DNA from: Styela clava
Taxonomy: Eukaryota
Direction of reading: 5' to 3'
Length of the DNA: 64,000 nucleotides
Assembly: GCF_964204865.1 (NCBI RefSeq)
Contig: NC_135251.1
Location: 26,908,001-26,972,000, forward strand
The number at the start of each line of letters is the position of its first letter. The first letter of the stretch is position 1. The position numbers and the translations under genes are program-made. Positions 1-12,340 of the stretch are shown in pieces. A model generated the notes under the pieces. It was not told where the DNA came from. It did not search any database and saw only the letters and a list, made by a program, of their open reading frames with translations.

Positions 1-2151
1 GAAATGAGATCGTGAGGCATCGGGTACTTTTGAGTGTTCATTACTTTTAATTTTGGATTCGACTGGAAGAGCAGGATACAATATCACTTTATCTGGATAG
101 TTGAAAATGAATGTTTTAACTTTGAAATACCAAGTTGTAGCATTTTTTCCATTTGCTACGTAGAAAAGATCGCCACTTCCAACTGGAGCCGCTATATACA
201 GGTTATTGCAGTTGCATTTTAGATTAACCCCTCCAGAAGATAAACGTACTCGGAATGTTCTAACAAAATAAATCAAAATAAGTAGGAATTATTAATAAAA
301 AAATAGAAAAAATTGCATCCAAGCACATGAGCCTATTTGTATTTAAGTGCAAATTAGTTTGGCAATTTAATAAATCTTTATTTTTTCTGATTGCAAACGA
401 TAAATATTATGTATCTTTGCGCTGACAATACTATGTTACACATGTCCACCGCACGCTTATGAGTAATTTTTAGTAGATGTAGGGCTTTGGAACGGATAAG
501 TATATGGCCTGCTGTAACTTCTTTTTATATAATACGCTACCTTATTCACTCCCTTTGCTCAGATCAAAGGCCTATTCAACGATATAAAAACGCAATCTTT
601 CCGGTTCGGCATTGCCTACCCCAGGGTGGTCCAAACCCAGGCCCGCGGGCCACATTTGGCACGCCGCCTCATTATCTGTGGCCCGCGTCACATTGGGAAA
701 GTAATCAAAAATGCGGATTCTATTAGCCTAGGATGACTATGTGTACAATAAAAGTGTTTGTTTTGCAGTCTTTTCCTATTCTTGGCACTATTGTGGCCCG
801 TGAACAATGTAAAAATAATTTTGTGGCCCTCGGAGCCGACAACCTTGGACCACCCTGGCCTACCCTATTTAGTACACTATAGATGAGGTAAGGCCGGCAT
901 AGAGTAAATCTACGAGATGTGTAATAAACGAAGTTTCATTACTGTCTGCATAAAGATCTCCAGCTGCAAATTTAATCGACAAATCGTTTTCGATACTCAT
1001 CATCCAATCCTGTTTAGCAGACAATTGTTGGGTTTGTATTGGTAGGTGTTCACTAGCTTCCCAAGAGATCCACTTTTGCGAGGAATGAGCTTCTAGAATC
1101 TGCACCATAAATTGTGCCAATACGCTGATCGGAAACAAAAAAGAATTTGCATATTTAGCTCCTTTTCTGGTAATATTGTGCGGAAGGAATATTCTAATTA
1201 CCAAAAAAACATGAGAAAATACAAACCTTTGAATTAGAGTAAACGATGGAGTAATGAGCCACATGATATCTTCGGTTGGATTTTCAGTCGTCACCATATA
1301 TAATTTCCCACTGGTATGGCGAAGATACCGGTCACGGGACTTTCCGGCACGCAGAAGCATACCATGTCCTGGGTAGATAAGAATAGCGAAAAATCTGCAA
1401 AACGATTGGTTATCAATCACTGTATCAAATAAAAAACATTTCTTATTGAATAACATGTCCTGCATATTCCGTTTATATATATAACCCGAGGACTTCGTAA
1501 CGCAAGATGCGTTCACAAAAAAGTGCACTTGTGCAAAATCATAAAATTAAACACTTTTTTTAGACAAAATCAGACCATGTCAAACCATCTTTTCAGAACA
1601 GACGTAAATATAAATCGATTATTGTAAATTTGATTTTAGTCAGCGGGCTGACAATTCGTTATTGACCTATCGGCCCTATGCCGGAGAAACTGATCGTATG
1701 AAAGAGGTCAGGTTAATGATATTTCAAGCTCTTAAAAAGGTCTGTGTTACTACTATTAACACCGATTTATATAGAATGCTATTGTTGCAATTGATCGAGG
1801 TGTTGCCATTGATATAAGTCTTAAAAAATCTTGCCTCCCTTTTTTATTTTCTCCATTATCTTCATACTGAAGAGTGACGTCATTGTTGTTATCATTATAC
1901 GTAACGTAAAGCTTCTTTCGGTTGACTGATGAAATGACGTGAAAACTCCATAAAGCTTCATCACCGCGCCTTTCGACTCTCCATTGTTCGAGAACATCTG
2001 GACGAAGTTCCACCGGAATATTATCATTCAAAGCTCTATTACTTGAAATCCATTTCCCACCTTCTTTGTCCCCGATTTCTAGGCTAATGTAAGATGAAAC
2101 TTCACTGTCGGTCTCTCCACTTGTCGAGCTTTCCAAATTTTCAGATGACAT
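1..2151 (-). CDS. Double beta-trefoil-like protein, paralogue 1; exons 2151-1835, 1394-1227, 1124-(930 or 876), 259-<1; 3' end runs off the window
   Basis: Exon peptides are homologous to the other paralogues (KWISSNRALNDNIPVEL; GMLLRAGKSRDRYL; KWISWEASEHLPIQTQQ; GGVNLKCNCNNLYIAAPVGSGDL). Acceptors are ttttgcag, ccgatcag and ttgttag. Exon B is 168 nt as in the paralogues. Intron 1 has a GC donor. The exon C donor is ambiguous. Confidence 0.75.
622..857. mobile_element. hAT (Charlie/Buster-like) MITE in intron 3 of paralogue 1
   Basis: TIRs CAGGGTGGTCCAA / TTGGACCACCCTG; 8-bp TSD GCCTACCC at 614-621 and 858-865. Confidence 0.9.
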
Positions 2152-3357
2152 TTTATTTTCACCATTAAAGGCCTAAAAACATTTATGATAGTAATTGTGA
2201 TGCCAGGCAGTTAAAACACAAACCACTACGAAACTGCTAAACACATTAAATCTACATCGTCTATTTGTCGAATCAAGAATGGGAATACACCAATTTGTAT
2301 ATAGCTGGGATACTTGACGATTACTTAGGACAGACAGGAAATTAACTGGTTTCTATCGCGATTCCAGCAAATGCTTCAATTGGAAGACTGACTCATTATT
2401 TACTAAAGTTTTCTACCTGAGTCAAGCATCCGGCTTCCGTTATTAAGTGATTCAGAAAATTAAAAAATATCGTTACATTACTCATAATAAAATTACGATA
2501 CATTGCTACTGTTGACTGGAAACTTCCTTAGCCACTATATGAAGATGGTATAAGTAGAATATCGTTCAAGTTTTACAAATTTTAAAATCGAGTCTTATGA
2601 TACACGATATTTAACCAGAAATTTAGCTGTTGTATTTCATTTAAAAGGAGCACTTTTTCTGTATCGCTTGTTCGTTGATCTTTTCAGCAAACCCATTGGT
2701 CTCAGTGCTGATGCGTGATCTTTGTGATCGTATATATTTGTGCATCATCTACGCCATATCGCCAACTATTTACAGGCATTTTTTGTTTTTGTCACAAATT
2801 CAGAACAACCTACAAATAAGACACTGACAATGCACCTGTGTTGTTGTTTGAAATGAGATATGTAATTGACAATTCTACAAATAGCCACAGATGGAGAAAA
2901 CACATATATATATATATATCATTTCTTGACAAACTTTGACAATAATTTAGTAGAAGACTAGTTTCTCAGACAGCATACTTGTATATTTATATATTTATTT
3001 ACTAAGACTTTCAAAAAAAGATAATTGGCATATACATGTGCTGATGCCAGTGCTGAAACTATATTGCCATTAATATCAACACTATACATGCCATATAGAC
3101 GTGAACACACTTCCAGAACCTCAAATATAACAATAACAGCCTGGGATGTAACAATAGGACACACGTTTAAGTGGTTTGGTTCTTATTTACAGGGTGGCCC
3201 CAAAAATAAATTATAAACTTTCTAATTAGTTTTACGAAAATTAAAAAAATTATTTTACATGTGAACTATTTTACAGTTTGTGTAAATTTTGTGACGGTGT
3301 AATTAAACACTAGTTCACATTTGTTGACAAACAAAGATTTTTCAAACTATATCACAA

Positions 3358-6092
3358 TCAAACTATATCATAATATGGCACAATGATGGTTTTGTCTTTG
3401 TATTTCAAGACAATTCTTGTTGTCATTATGTCCCAAACAGTAGCATTCTTTTTTCCTGGTAAAAAGTGAAGGTCGCCGCTTCCCTCTGGAGCGACTACGT
3501 ATTGATTATTAGATTTGCATTTCAAGAGTACTCCACCTCCAGTATCATGCCATGTAAATTCCCTGAAAATAATAAATATGGAATTCAAAAATAGAATTAT
3601 TAACGTTTCCTTTATAACTGCCAGACTTTCATATGGGCTGGTAAATTTCAACCGTCGTAATACATATTTGGGATTTTGAGTGGGAAACGAATTCGGCACC
3701 GACACGAACACGATTGAAGCAGTAGAGTCTTGCTTGAAAATGAGCAAACCTACTGGTTAATTAATATTTGATTGGCCACTGATAGGCGTGCGACAAGATG
3801 GGTGGGAGTGCTTCTTTAAGTTCGTACTGCAATTATCGTACTAACTTGTTTTTCGGACGTGAAAGAAGGCAGTTCGCCGTTTACTCTCCGATGGGCGACA
3901 GACCGGACAGAAGTTTTGAGTTGAGTGTGTCTGTTTATGCCAGTTTGGATATATTTTAAAGCTATACAAACAGGGTCACAGTGAATATAAACGTGAAGTT
4001 TTGCCGATTGCAATGACATTCAAGTAAGAAATGAAACATTTCCGACATATAGGGCTGAGTTCATTTCATCAGTTTCTTTGTACCATAGGTCGTTCCAATA
4101 TTATACAGATTTTCGTTACAGATTTAGGCATTTTCACTGGTTTAGGTCACCGAGAAAACAGTGCTTTGTCTCGAAAGCACTTTTAACTCGCAGTGGATGA
4201 ATGATACTTACGCTGGGACTGAACCAAACAATAGTTGACTTATATTTACTTCTGCATACAAATTTCCGGCTGAAAATTCACAACTCCGACCACTGTCTCT
4301 AAAGTTAAGCTGCCATTCCTGCAGAGCGCCGGTTTGTTGTACTTGGATTGGTGCGTTTATTTTTGCATCTTGGTACACCCATTTATTTGCAATGGGATCA
4401 TTTCGAATTTCTGCGAGACGGGAAAGAGACACACTGTAAAATATGTAAATTAATATTTATTATTCAAATTAATATTTATTGGAAATATTATGAGAATCCC
4501 TTATTCAGCAAGCATTCCCATGTCGCACGTTATCAAGGTTCTTGATTATATCAACCTTTAAAAAGTAAATGACGCACGCTGTAATATCTTCGAACGAAGC
4601 CGTAATGAACCATTCCATATCATCAGTAAGATTTTTTGATGTTGTCATTTCTAACTTTCCTCCGCTGTTTCGTACGTATCTGTCACGTGAATTTTGAGCC
4701 CGCAGAAACATCCCGAAGTTTGGTTTAGGCAGCATATAAAAAAATCTACAAAAATGTAGAGTTATAATGTAAAGAATTTTCTGCAATCTGTTGAGTGCAA
4801 CCTGAAGTAGTATAAAACGGATGTCTCGGGACTAAAGGCTTTTTTTTCTTTTGAATCATTTAAAACCCCATTTGTAAGAAATGCAATAGAGTGGAATAAA
4901 ATTTATTTTTAACTCGGAAGCACGCTACTTGGTGAAAAATATAATTGGATGGTCATGAGAAACTATCAAATGTCGGAAAATCTCTATCAAGAGGATTTTC
5001 ATCTTAGTCCACCGGCGGCAAATAAATAATAGTGATTTATTAATTTGTATCTTAACTTACGGAGGTTCACGCGCCCCCTGGATCCATCAAAATATTTTGG
5101 GGGTTCATGAGCTAAGCATGCACATGATAAAAACAAAACAGCGAAATTCATCTATTTTTCTTTGTGGTCTAGCTCTCATAAACGGCAATAAGGTACAACG
5201 CAATCAACCAGATTACGAGTTACGAACACATGATCTTGCTCATGTGAACAAACATAGTCATTAGCTTTAAAAACTTATTCAATTTGTCATTTTATCAAGT
5301 TCAATAGACGCTTGGCACTTTGTTGTTTTTGTTTTTTCTTAAATATTAAATATTCAGAGTATGTTAATGTAGGACAATTGTCTCTACCGACGAAGAGTTG
5401 CCTAAATTTTATGGGATAAAATTAGCAGTACAAGACTGCCATGGGATCCATGTGTTAGGTTTTCTGATTAAAAGATCAATATACTTGAATAGGGAAATAG
5501 AATATGTGAATTAAAGTATAAAATTGTCAAAATTTTGTATGAAATGTCAATAAATCAAAAATATTCCTCGGCTAGGCAAAAATGAACTTACATGGGAAAC
5601 ACACCCACCTGGAGTTTTGAGATGAAGATTATACTCATGTTTTCAACGAAAATATTAAATCTAAGTTATGCTGACGGGCCAGTCAGTGTGACTAGCGATT
5701 GCGTAAGGCATGTTGAATGAAATATTTATAATTTCTATTTTATACTTAAAAAGTGTTAATACATTTATAAATCTGAATTTGCTTCACCTTCCTTTCCCGT
5801 TGTTCTGCGTGATGTCATCTAATTCTTCTAGAGTAACGTCATCGCTGTTGAAGTTATATGTGACGTACATCTTTTTCCCGTCATCTAATAAAATGTAAAA
5901 ACTCCACAAGGCTTCATTTTTTGATCTCTCAAGCTCCCATGCTTCCGTTACGCTGGGATTTAGTTGTACAGGTATATTGTCATGCAAGGATCTATTTTGT
6001 GATATCCATTTTTTCCCGTCTCTGTCACCTATTTCAAACTTGAAGTTGATCGGATCGTTATCCTTTGTTGTTCCTGCCCAATGTGATTGCAT
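3358..6092 (-). CDS. Double beta-trefoil-like protein, paralogue 2, 299 aa; exons 6092-5788, 4745-4578, 4433-4212, 3562-3358
   Basis: GT-AG introns, all phase 2 (AG|gtgaag, GC|gtgcgt, GC|gtaagt). The spliced length is 900 nt and open. The frame stays open up to an acceptor at 6121-6122, so a short N-terminal extension is possible. Confidence 0.85.
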
Positions 6093-6989
6093 AATCACAA
6101 TATTGTTTACACAGATGTACCTACAGATTATGATTTCTGATTAAATAAAAGGTCATATAAAAATAATCATACTAAGCACAAATTTGAACTGTTCTTAACC
6201 TCGAGCCCTCTATGGTGTATGTTGCTTTGTACAACTTTAACCCATATAATGCTTTTATTATTCATTTAAAAGCTCAACCGAACTTTGAAAAAAAAAAATT
6301 ATTATAACGATCGCGATCGACTGATCGCTATCGAATGGGCTGATAACTGCACACACGCATATACACAAAATTCCACCGCTGCCAATAAGAAGGCTTTGTG
6401 GGCACATTATTATTAAAATCGACATAAAATTTTAATTTTTTATGTTCCATTTAAGTTGTTGATTTGATCATTTATTTGTACCCGGAGTAAATGTTTCATC
6501 ATTTATTTAAGCTTTATTGAAATCATACAATGCAGATAAAAGGCGTGCCTAATTTTTAGTCGTTAGAGTTAAAAATTCCTAAAGAAACCTTGCCAGTTAT
6601 TATCCAAACAGCGAAAAAAAAATTCTCAAACCATGAATGTTACATGACTGCCCAAACTTCAGTATTTAAGTTACAATTTACTCCAAACGCGATTCTTTGC
6701 TTGCTTAAAATTAGAACAAATTGGGCATTTTTATGCCACTGCTACCATTGCGAAAAAAATCTATCACACTACTCTTGGAGTGAGACAATAATTTTTGCAT
6801 ACTTTTTCAGCGTGCCGGATATCGCGTGTCTACGGCATACTGCGGAAGTTATTGTAGGATCGTTTGTCAGTCTAGACACGCGATATTCGGCACGTCATTT
6901 TTAAACTTTGGCAGAGGAAAAACTGGCATTTGTTACGTTATAATATGCTTTATCGGGCTCGCCCAGACTCAAATACAGTGTATGTGTAT

Positions 6990-7663
6990 TAGAGCTAAGA
7001 TCTGGAGCCCACCCGACCCGGGTCGGGCCTGAAATGCCAATCATTACGTTGGGGTCGGGCCTGAAATGTCAATCATTACGTTGGGGTCCGGCCTGAAATG
7101 TCAATCATTACGTTGGGGTCGGGTCTGAAATGTCAATCATTACGTTGGGGTCGGGCCTGAAATGTCAATCGTTACGTTGGGGTCGGGCCTGAAATGTCAA
7201 TCATTAAGTTGGGGTCGGGCCTAAAATGCCAATCATTACGTTGGGGTCGGGCCTTAAATGTCAATCATTACGTTGGGGTCGGGCCTGAAATGTCAATCAT
7301 TACGTTGGGTCGGGCCTGAAATGCCAATCATTACGTTGGGGTCGGGCCTGAGATGTCAATAATTACGTTCGAGTCGGGTCGGGCTTCTCTATCGCTGACT
7401 TATTTTGAAATGAATACCTAAACTATGCGTGGATACTAAACAAAGGAATATATACTTGTTATAAATGAAATAATTTGAATAAAACAGAGAAGAAGCTGTA
7501 ATGGACCTTTCCCCGACTTTGACCTCGAAAATATTCTTCCTACACCATACCCGGCTCGGGTCGGCGAATTCAGTTAATTGGTCGGGCTCGGCTCGGGTCG
7601 GGTTTAATACCCACGTGCCCGGATCGGGTCGGGCTGTAATTTTTGGGCCCTATCTTACCTCTA
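6990..7663. mobile_element. hAT-like non-autonomous element containing a minisatellite
   Basis: Imperfect TIR TAGAGCTAAGAT / ATCTTACCTCTA; subterminal CCCGACCCG/GGGTCGGG motifs; absent from the paralogous site at 16500. No clear TSD. Confidence 0.6.
7020..7382. repeat. 32-bp minisatellite, ~11 copies (GGGTCGGGCCTGAAATGTCAATCATTACGTTG)
   Basis: Head-to-tail units with period 32 and no spacers. Confidence 0.95.
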
Positions 7664-8351
7664 GTGCAAGCATGTAAAACTCATTAATGCTGTATTTATT
7701 CAATCTCCAATTACTTTTTATTGAAATTGGAAACTGGAAAGGGCATAAAATATCCAAAGAAGCTGAAAAGTTTTGCAAAGATTGACTTCATAGTTTTATT
7801 CAAATAAAGCACAAATATGTGCGCAAGGTCTTGATTCTAGCTCTATCATATCCAAGTGTCATAAGAAGATAATACCAAAAGCTTTCAGCTGAGCCTGCTT
7901 TTACAAAAATTGCTTTTGATTTGATCCAGCTAAATGGCGATGTTTCTTCAATGTAGTGTAATTTAGAAGTGGTAAGTTTTGTAATTTAACGGAATGGCCA
8001 AAACCGTATTCCTAATTATTTATTATTTAAATATGGAAGGAATTCCAAACTGTAAACAAATTGGTGCTTGGTTAGTGACAAACTTAGGTCTCAAAATCGA
8101 CAATTCTCATATTCAAATATTTGAAAATTTTCCCAAAATCAAAGAATATACTAAATCGAATATAATAAACCTCTGATATGTTCGAATATTCAATTTGTTT
8201 TGGACATCCTGATTTTAGGCTTTCTTTTTCATCAACTGCTTATACTATACAAAAGCAGTATGCTCGCCAGCTTTGCATTTTAAAGGAGTTTTTCATGATT
8301 TAGAGGGTGATAAATATTTTGCAATTAGCCTTAAAACTATTTACAACCAAT

Positions 8352-9319
8352 CAGGGATGGACAATATACAATAGGGAATTCGGAGGATTCGAATCCAAAA
8401 GGATCCGATAACAAGATTCGGTTTCCGCCTCTTTGGCGCTGTGCGTTAATTTTTGTATTTCGGATCTCTAATTTATTATTCGGTGGCGACCGTTTTCTCT
8501 CGCGACGAAATCTCCCTCGCTTTATTAAACTTGTGTTTTTTCGCAAAGAATCAGCAAAAGCGACAGACATCAGACACAGTAATCTCAGCTTGCATATTCA
8601 GAACGCAAAGACGGTGTGCACCTTTTTCACGTTTTACAATTTGACTATCTACTTCGCCTATAATAATATTTATTATTGGTGCATGCTGTAGACTTACTGG
8701 CGATTTTCCGATTACAACAATCTTAAATTTTTGGAATTCGTGGAACATTCTTCATTTTGATTTAAATGACTTTTCGCGGCCTTCAAGTTCTTCCGGAAAA
8801 TGATTTGTACCAGACGTTAGAATAGATGATAAACATTTTTTACGAATAATTTATATCAAATTTTACTTTCCACGACACCCCGTTTCCGGAAATACGAAGT
8901 TAAATCGCAAAACAAGGCGTTGCATTACATTCATTTTGCATTCCCAATAAAATATATATTTTCCGTAATTGAAGTCGTCGATGAATCCATTTCTATTAGT
9001 ATTAAAGTGTATAATGCGCTATTTATTTCAACACATAAGTATTTAGAGATCACATAAAATCGAAGTAAAAAGAAATTTGTTAAAATTCTTATATTTTATT
9101 GTCGTATTTGGTAAGGAATTGAATCCAATGCTCAAGGTCTTTTTAAATTAAATACAAAGGTAGTAGTACAATTTTGCGTTTTTTGAATTGTAATCCATAA
9201 ATATGGTGGGAGAAATTCCACATTTGAATAACAATAAAAATAGAATAGGATTGATTCGGTACTCTGGATTTGATTCAAGTATTCTAGAATAGCAAATTAT
9301 TCTATATTGCCCATTCCTA
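8352..9319. mobile_element. hAT-like non-autonomous DNA transposon
   Basis: TIR CAGGGATGGACAATATA / TATATTGCCCATTCCTA; 8-bp TSD CAACCAAT at 8344-8351 and 9320-9327. Confidence 0.85.
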
Positions 9320-9541
9320 CAACCAATGAAAACTGTTTTATGTGTTTGACTGACCATCTACACTGGTACATTCAACACTTTCTGGCTATTCAAATACAAT
9401 TATATTCAAGTTAGAAATTAAGAGCCTGATGTCGGTTTCGTTCTTGAAAAATGAGGTTGTTTGGGCAATCACGCAATGGATATAAGTGGAAACAATTGTT
9501 TTTGACTTTGACTTTTGAAAAGAAAAAAATCAAGGGTATTA

Positions 9542-9651
9542 CCGTGTTTCCTCGAAAATAGAACCTAGCCTAAATTTGTAAAATTATTTCAATATAAGAC
9601 CTCCCTTTAAAATAGGACCTAGTCGATAGCGCGACCTAGCCGGAAACACGG
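9542..9651. mobile_element. Tc1/mariner (pogo-like) MITE
   Basis: TIR CCGTGTTTCC / GGAAACACGG flanked by TA on both sides. Confidence 0.75.
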
Positions 9652-10294
9652 TATCTGATGAAACATCAACGAATTTTCTCGAGATAAGATTAGTAGTATT
9701 CTTTTGGCTACAGCTACACTCTTACGTAACATAGACCTCCTGTGCCACCTTTTCTTCATGAAGTTGTAGAATGCATGCTAGTTATACTTGCTTGTTTAAC
9801 TTATTGGTGTAATTTTAATTCGAAATCTACATATGCTTGTGAGTCTCTGTTTTTCATTATTAGTAGTCCGACTGTTGAAACTAATAGCCTAGTGTATTTC
9901 TCTGAAGCTTAAAATATAAACGCAATTAGAAATCTCTGTCAGTGGTCTCAGAAGTCTCACTGATACAGCATTAGAAAAGTAATCAAATTTTTTTGTCGGA
10001 CTAACATTTTATTGAAAAGTAACTTGATACCTGTTTAAACGGTTTATTACCGTGAATTGGTGGAAAGTGTTGGTTGGAAAGTAGCAAAGCATTGTTAAAG
10101 GTGAATGAATTTTAGGTATATTGCGTTTTCACGGTTTGGGAGGATTTTTTTTCCTCCATGCTCTTTACATATACTTTTAATTTTGAAATGTCAGTCGTAT
10201 GTTCTCACAAATTTCGACTGGCACGCGGAAGAATTTTGTTATTGAATTAAGTCGATTTGGGCACGCAAGCCGAAAAGAACCACCCCTGACCTAG

Positions 10295-10575
10295 GGTGTA
10301 ACAGATCATATCAAATGGGTCAGTTTAATAATATTTCAAGCTCTTAAGGTCTATGTTACAACTTAACACCGTATTATATAGAATGCTATTGTTGCAATTG
10401 ATCGAGCTGTGGGCAGTGACATTATGGATTTATGGGTCCTAAAAATCTTGCCTCCCCTTGCCATTTCCTTCATTATATTCATGCTGAAGAGTGACATCCT
10501 TGTTGCCATCATTATACGTAACGTAAAGCTTCTTTCGGTTAACTGATGAAATGACGTGAAAACTCCATAGAGCTC
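10295..10575 (-). pseudogene. Remnant of a paralogue-1-type gene (3' half of exon A plus the start of intron 1)
   Basis: Encodes LWSFHVISSVNRKKLYVTYNDGNKDVTLQHEYNEGNGKGR followed by gcaag, matching ~1690-1955. The 5' half of the exon is replaced by unrelated sequence ending GCTACGCCACTA (~10943). Homology to ~2260 resumes near 10950. Exons B-D are missing. Confidence 0.85.
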
Positions 10576-12340
10576 CAAGCGGTTAGAATTTAAAAATTTG
10601 AGCCGCAAAACCATAAGCTGCATTGCAAAACCCGTAACGTACAGTCGTCGATTTTCTGCGTCTTGTGGTTTGATCGCACCGGCAAAATTACGAAGGCTGT
10701 CAGAATGATGTCGAAAGCAAAACCTCTCAGTGGCGCACAGAAACGCAGAAGCACGTATGAAAAAAATCAAAGCAACGAAGATAAACGGCAAATTTCAGGT
10801 TACCATTGCCTTTTAATAGCGACATGTTATGCTTTTTGACGAAATAAAAAAAGCGTTGTTTTAGCTTATGTCCGAGAGTTTTTAGGGTAATTTCCACGAA
10901 ATATTTTTGCGGGGGGGGGGCACGAGAGTCTTGCTACGCCACTAGCCTCTATATATGTCGAATCAAGTATGGGAATACAGACAATTTGTATATAACTGAG
11001 ATACTTGACTATTACTTAGGACAGACAGGAAATTAACTAGCTTCAACCGCGATTCAAGCAAATGATTCAATTGACTCATCACTTACTAAAGTTTTCAACC
11101 TTAGTCAATCATCCGGCTTCCGTTATTAAGTGATTCAGAAAATAACAATGCCTTTACAATACTCATAATAAAATTACGATACAATGCTACTGTTGACTAG
11201 AATTTTTTTTAGCCAATATTTGAAGATGGTATAAATAGACGACTATCATTTACTTTTTACAAATAAAAAAAAAATCGAGTCTTATAATACACGATATCTC
11301 ACCAGAAATTTTGCTGTTTCATTTAATTTAATCGAGAGCACTTTTTTCTGTATCGTTTGTTCGTCGATCTTATCAGCAAACCTAGTGATATCAGTGTTGA
11401 TGCATGACGTCTGTGATCGTATATATTTGAGCATCATCTCCGCTACATCGTTAACTGTTTACAGGCAACTTTTGTTTTCGTAACGATATCAGAACAATGT
11501 AAGCACTACCACGAAGACACTGACAATGCACCTGTGTTGTTGTTTGACATAAGGTATGTAATTGACAATTCTATAAATAGCCACAAGTGAAGATTTCAAA
11601 AGCACTTGTCATTCTTGACAAAGATTTAAAGAAGTCAAGTTTTTCAAACAGCATAAATGTATATATATATATATATATATATTCACCAAGACTTCCAAAA
11701 GAAGATAATTGGCATTTACATAATGAAGCTATATTTCCATTAATATCAACACTATACACGCCATATAGGCGTGAACACACTTCTAGAACTTCAAATATAA
11801 CAATATCTGAAATGTTACAATAGGACACACGTTTAGTGGTTTGGCTCTCATTTACAGGGTGACCCCAGAAATAAATTTCTAATAAAAAGAACATGAAGAA
11901 ATTTATTTTACATGTGAACTTCTGTTTGTGTATGATTTTGTAACGATGTAATTAAACACTGGTGCACATGTGTTGCTGTTCGAAGAGATAAACAAAGATT
12001 TTTCAAACTATATCAATCAATCGTCAAATTTTTTCATGTTAAATATTCCTTCATATTTCCATTGAAACTTTCTTGATTTGCTGCATTATTTTTGCATATA
12101 GGTTCAATTTTGTATTTTATGCAAAATAACATTAAATAATGACGCAATAGTTTTTGTCATTAAATTCCTTTGAAACAATAAGCTATAACGATCAAGTGTT
12201 GTTTCTTGTTTGGACCATACACAAGGGCTAACAATACCGGCTACATGATTACTAATTACTATGGGGCAAGTTCTGAATATGTTTATGAAACAGGATAATT
12301 TTATATTTTTTAAACTAAAAATAAGACATTTTATATTGAT

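Noticed and set aside
1336-1345. Perfect NF-kB site GGGACTTTCC
   Set aside because: It lies in a coding exon and is not conserved in the paralogues, so it is probably chance.
869-1528. 219-aa ORF as a standalone gene
   Set aside because: It is intron sequence plus exon B, read-through of intron 2, and exon C of paralogue 1.
7020-7382. CRISPR-like 32-bp repeat array
   Set aside because: Units are contiguous with no unique spacers, there are no cas genes, and the context is eukaryotic. It is a minisatellite within a DNA transposon.
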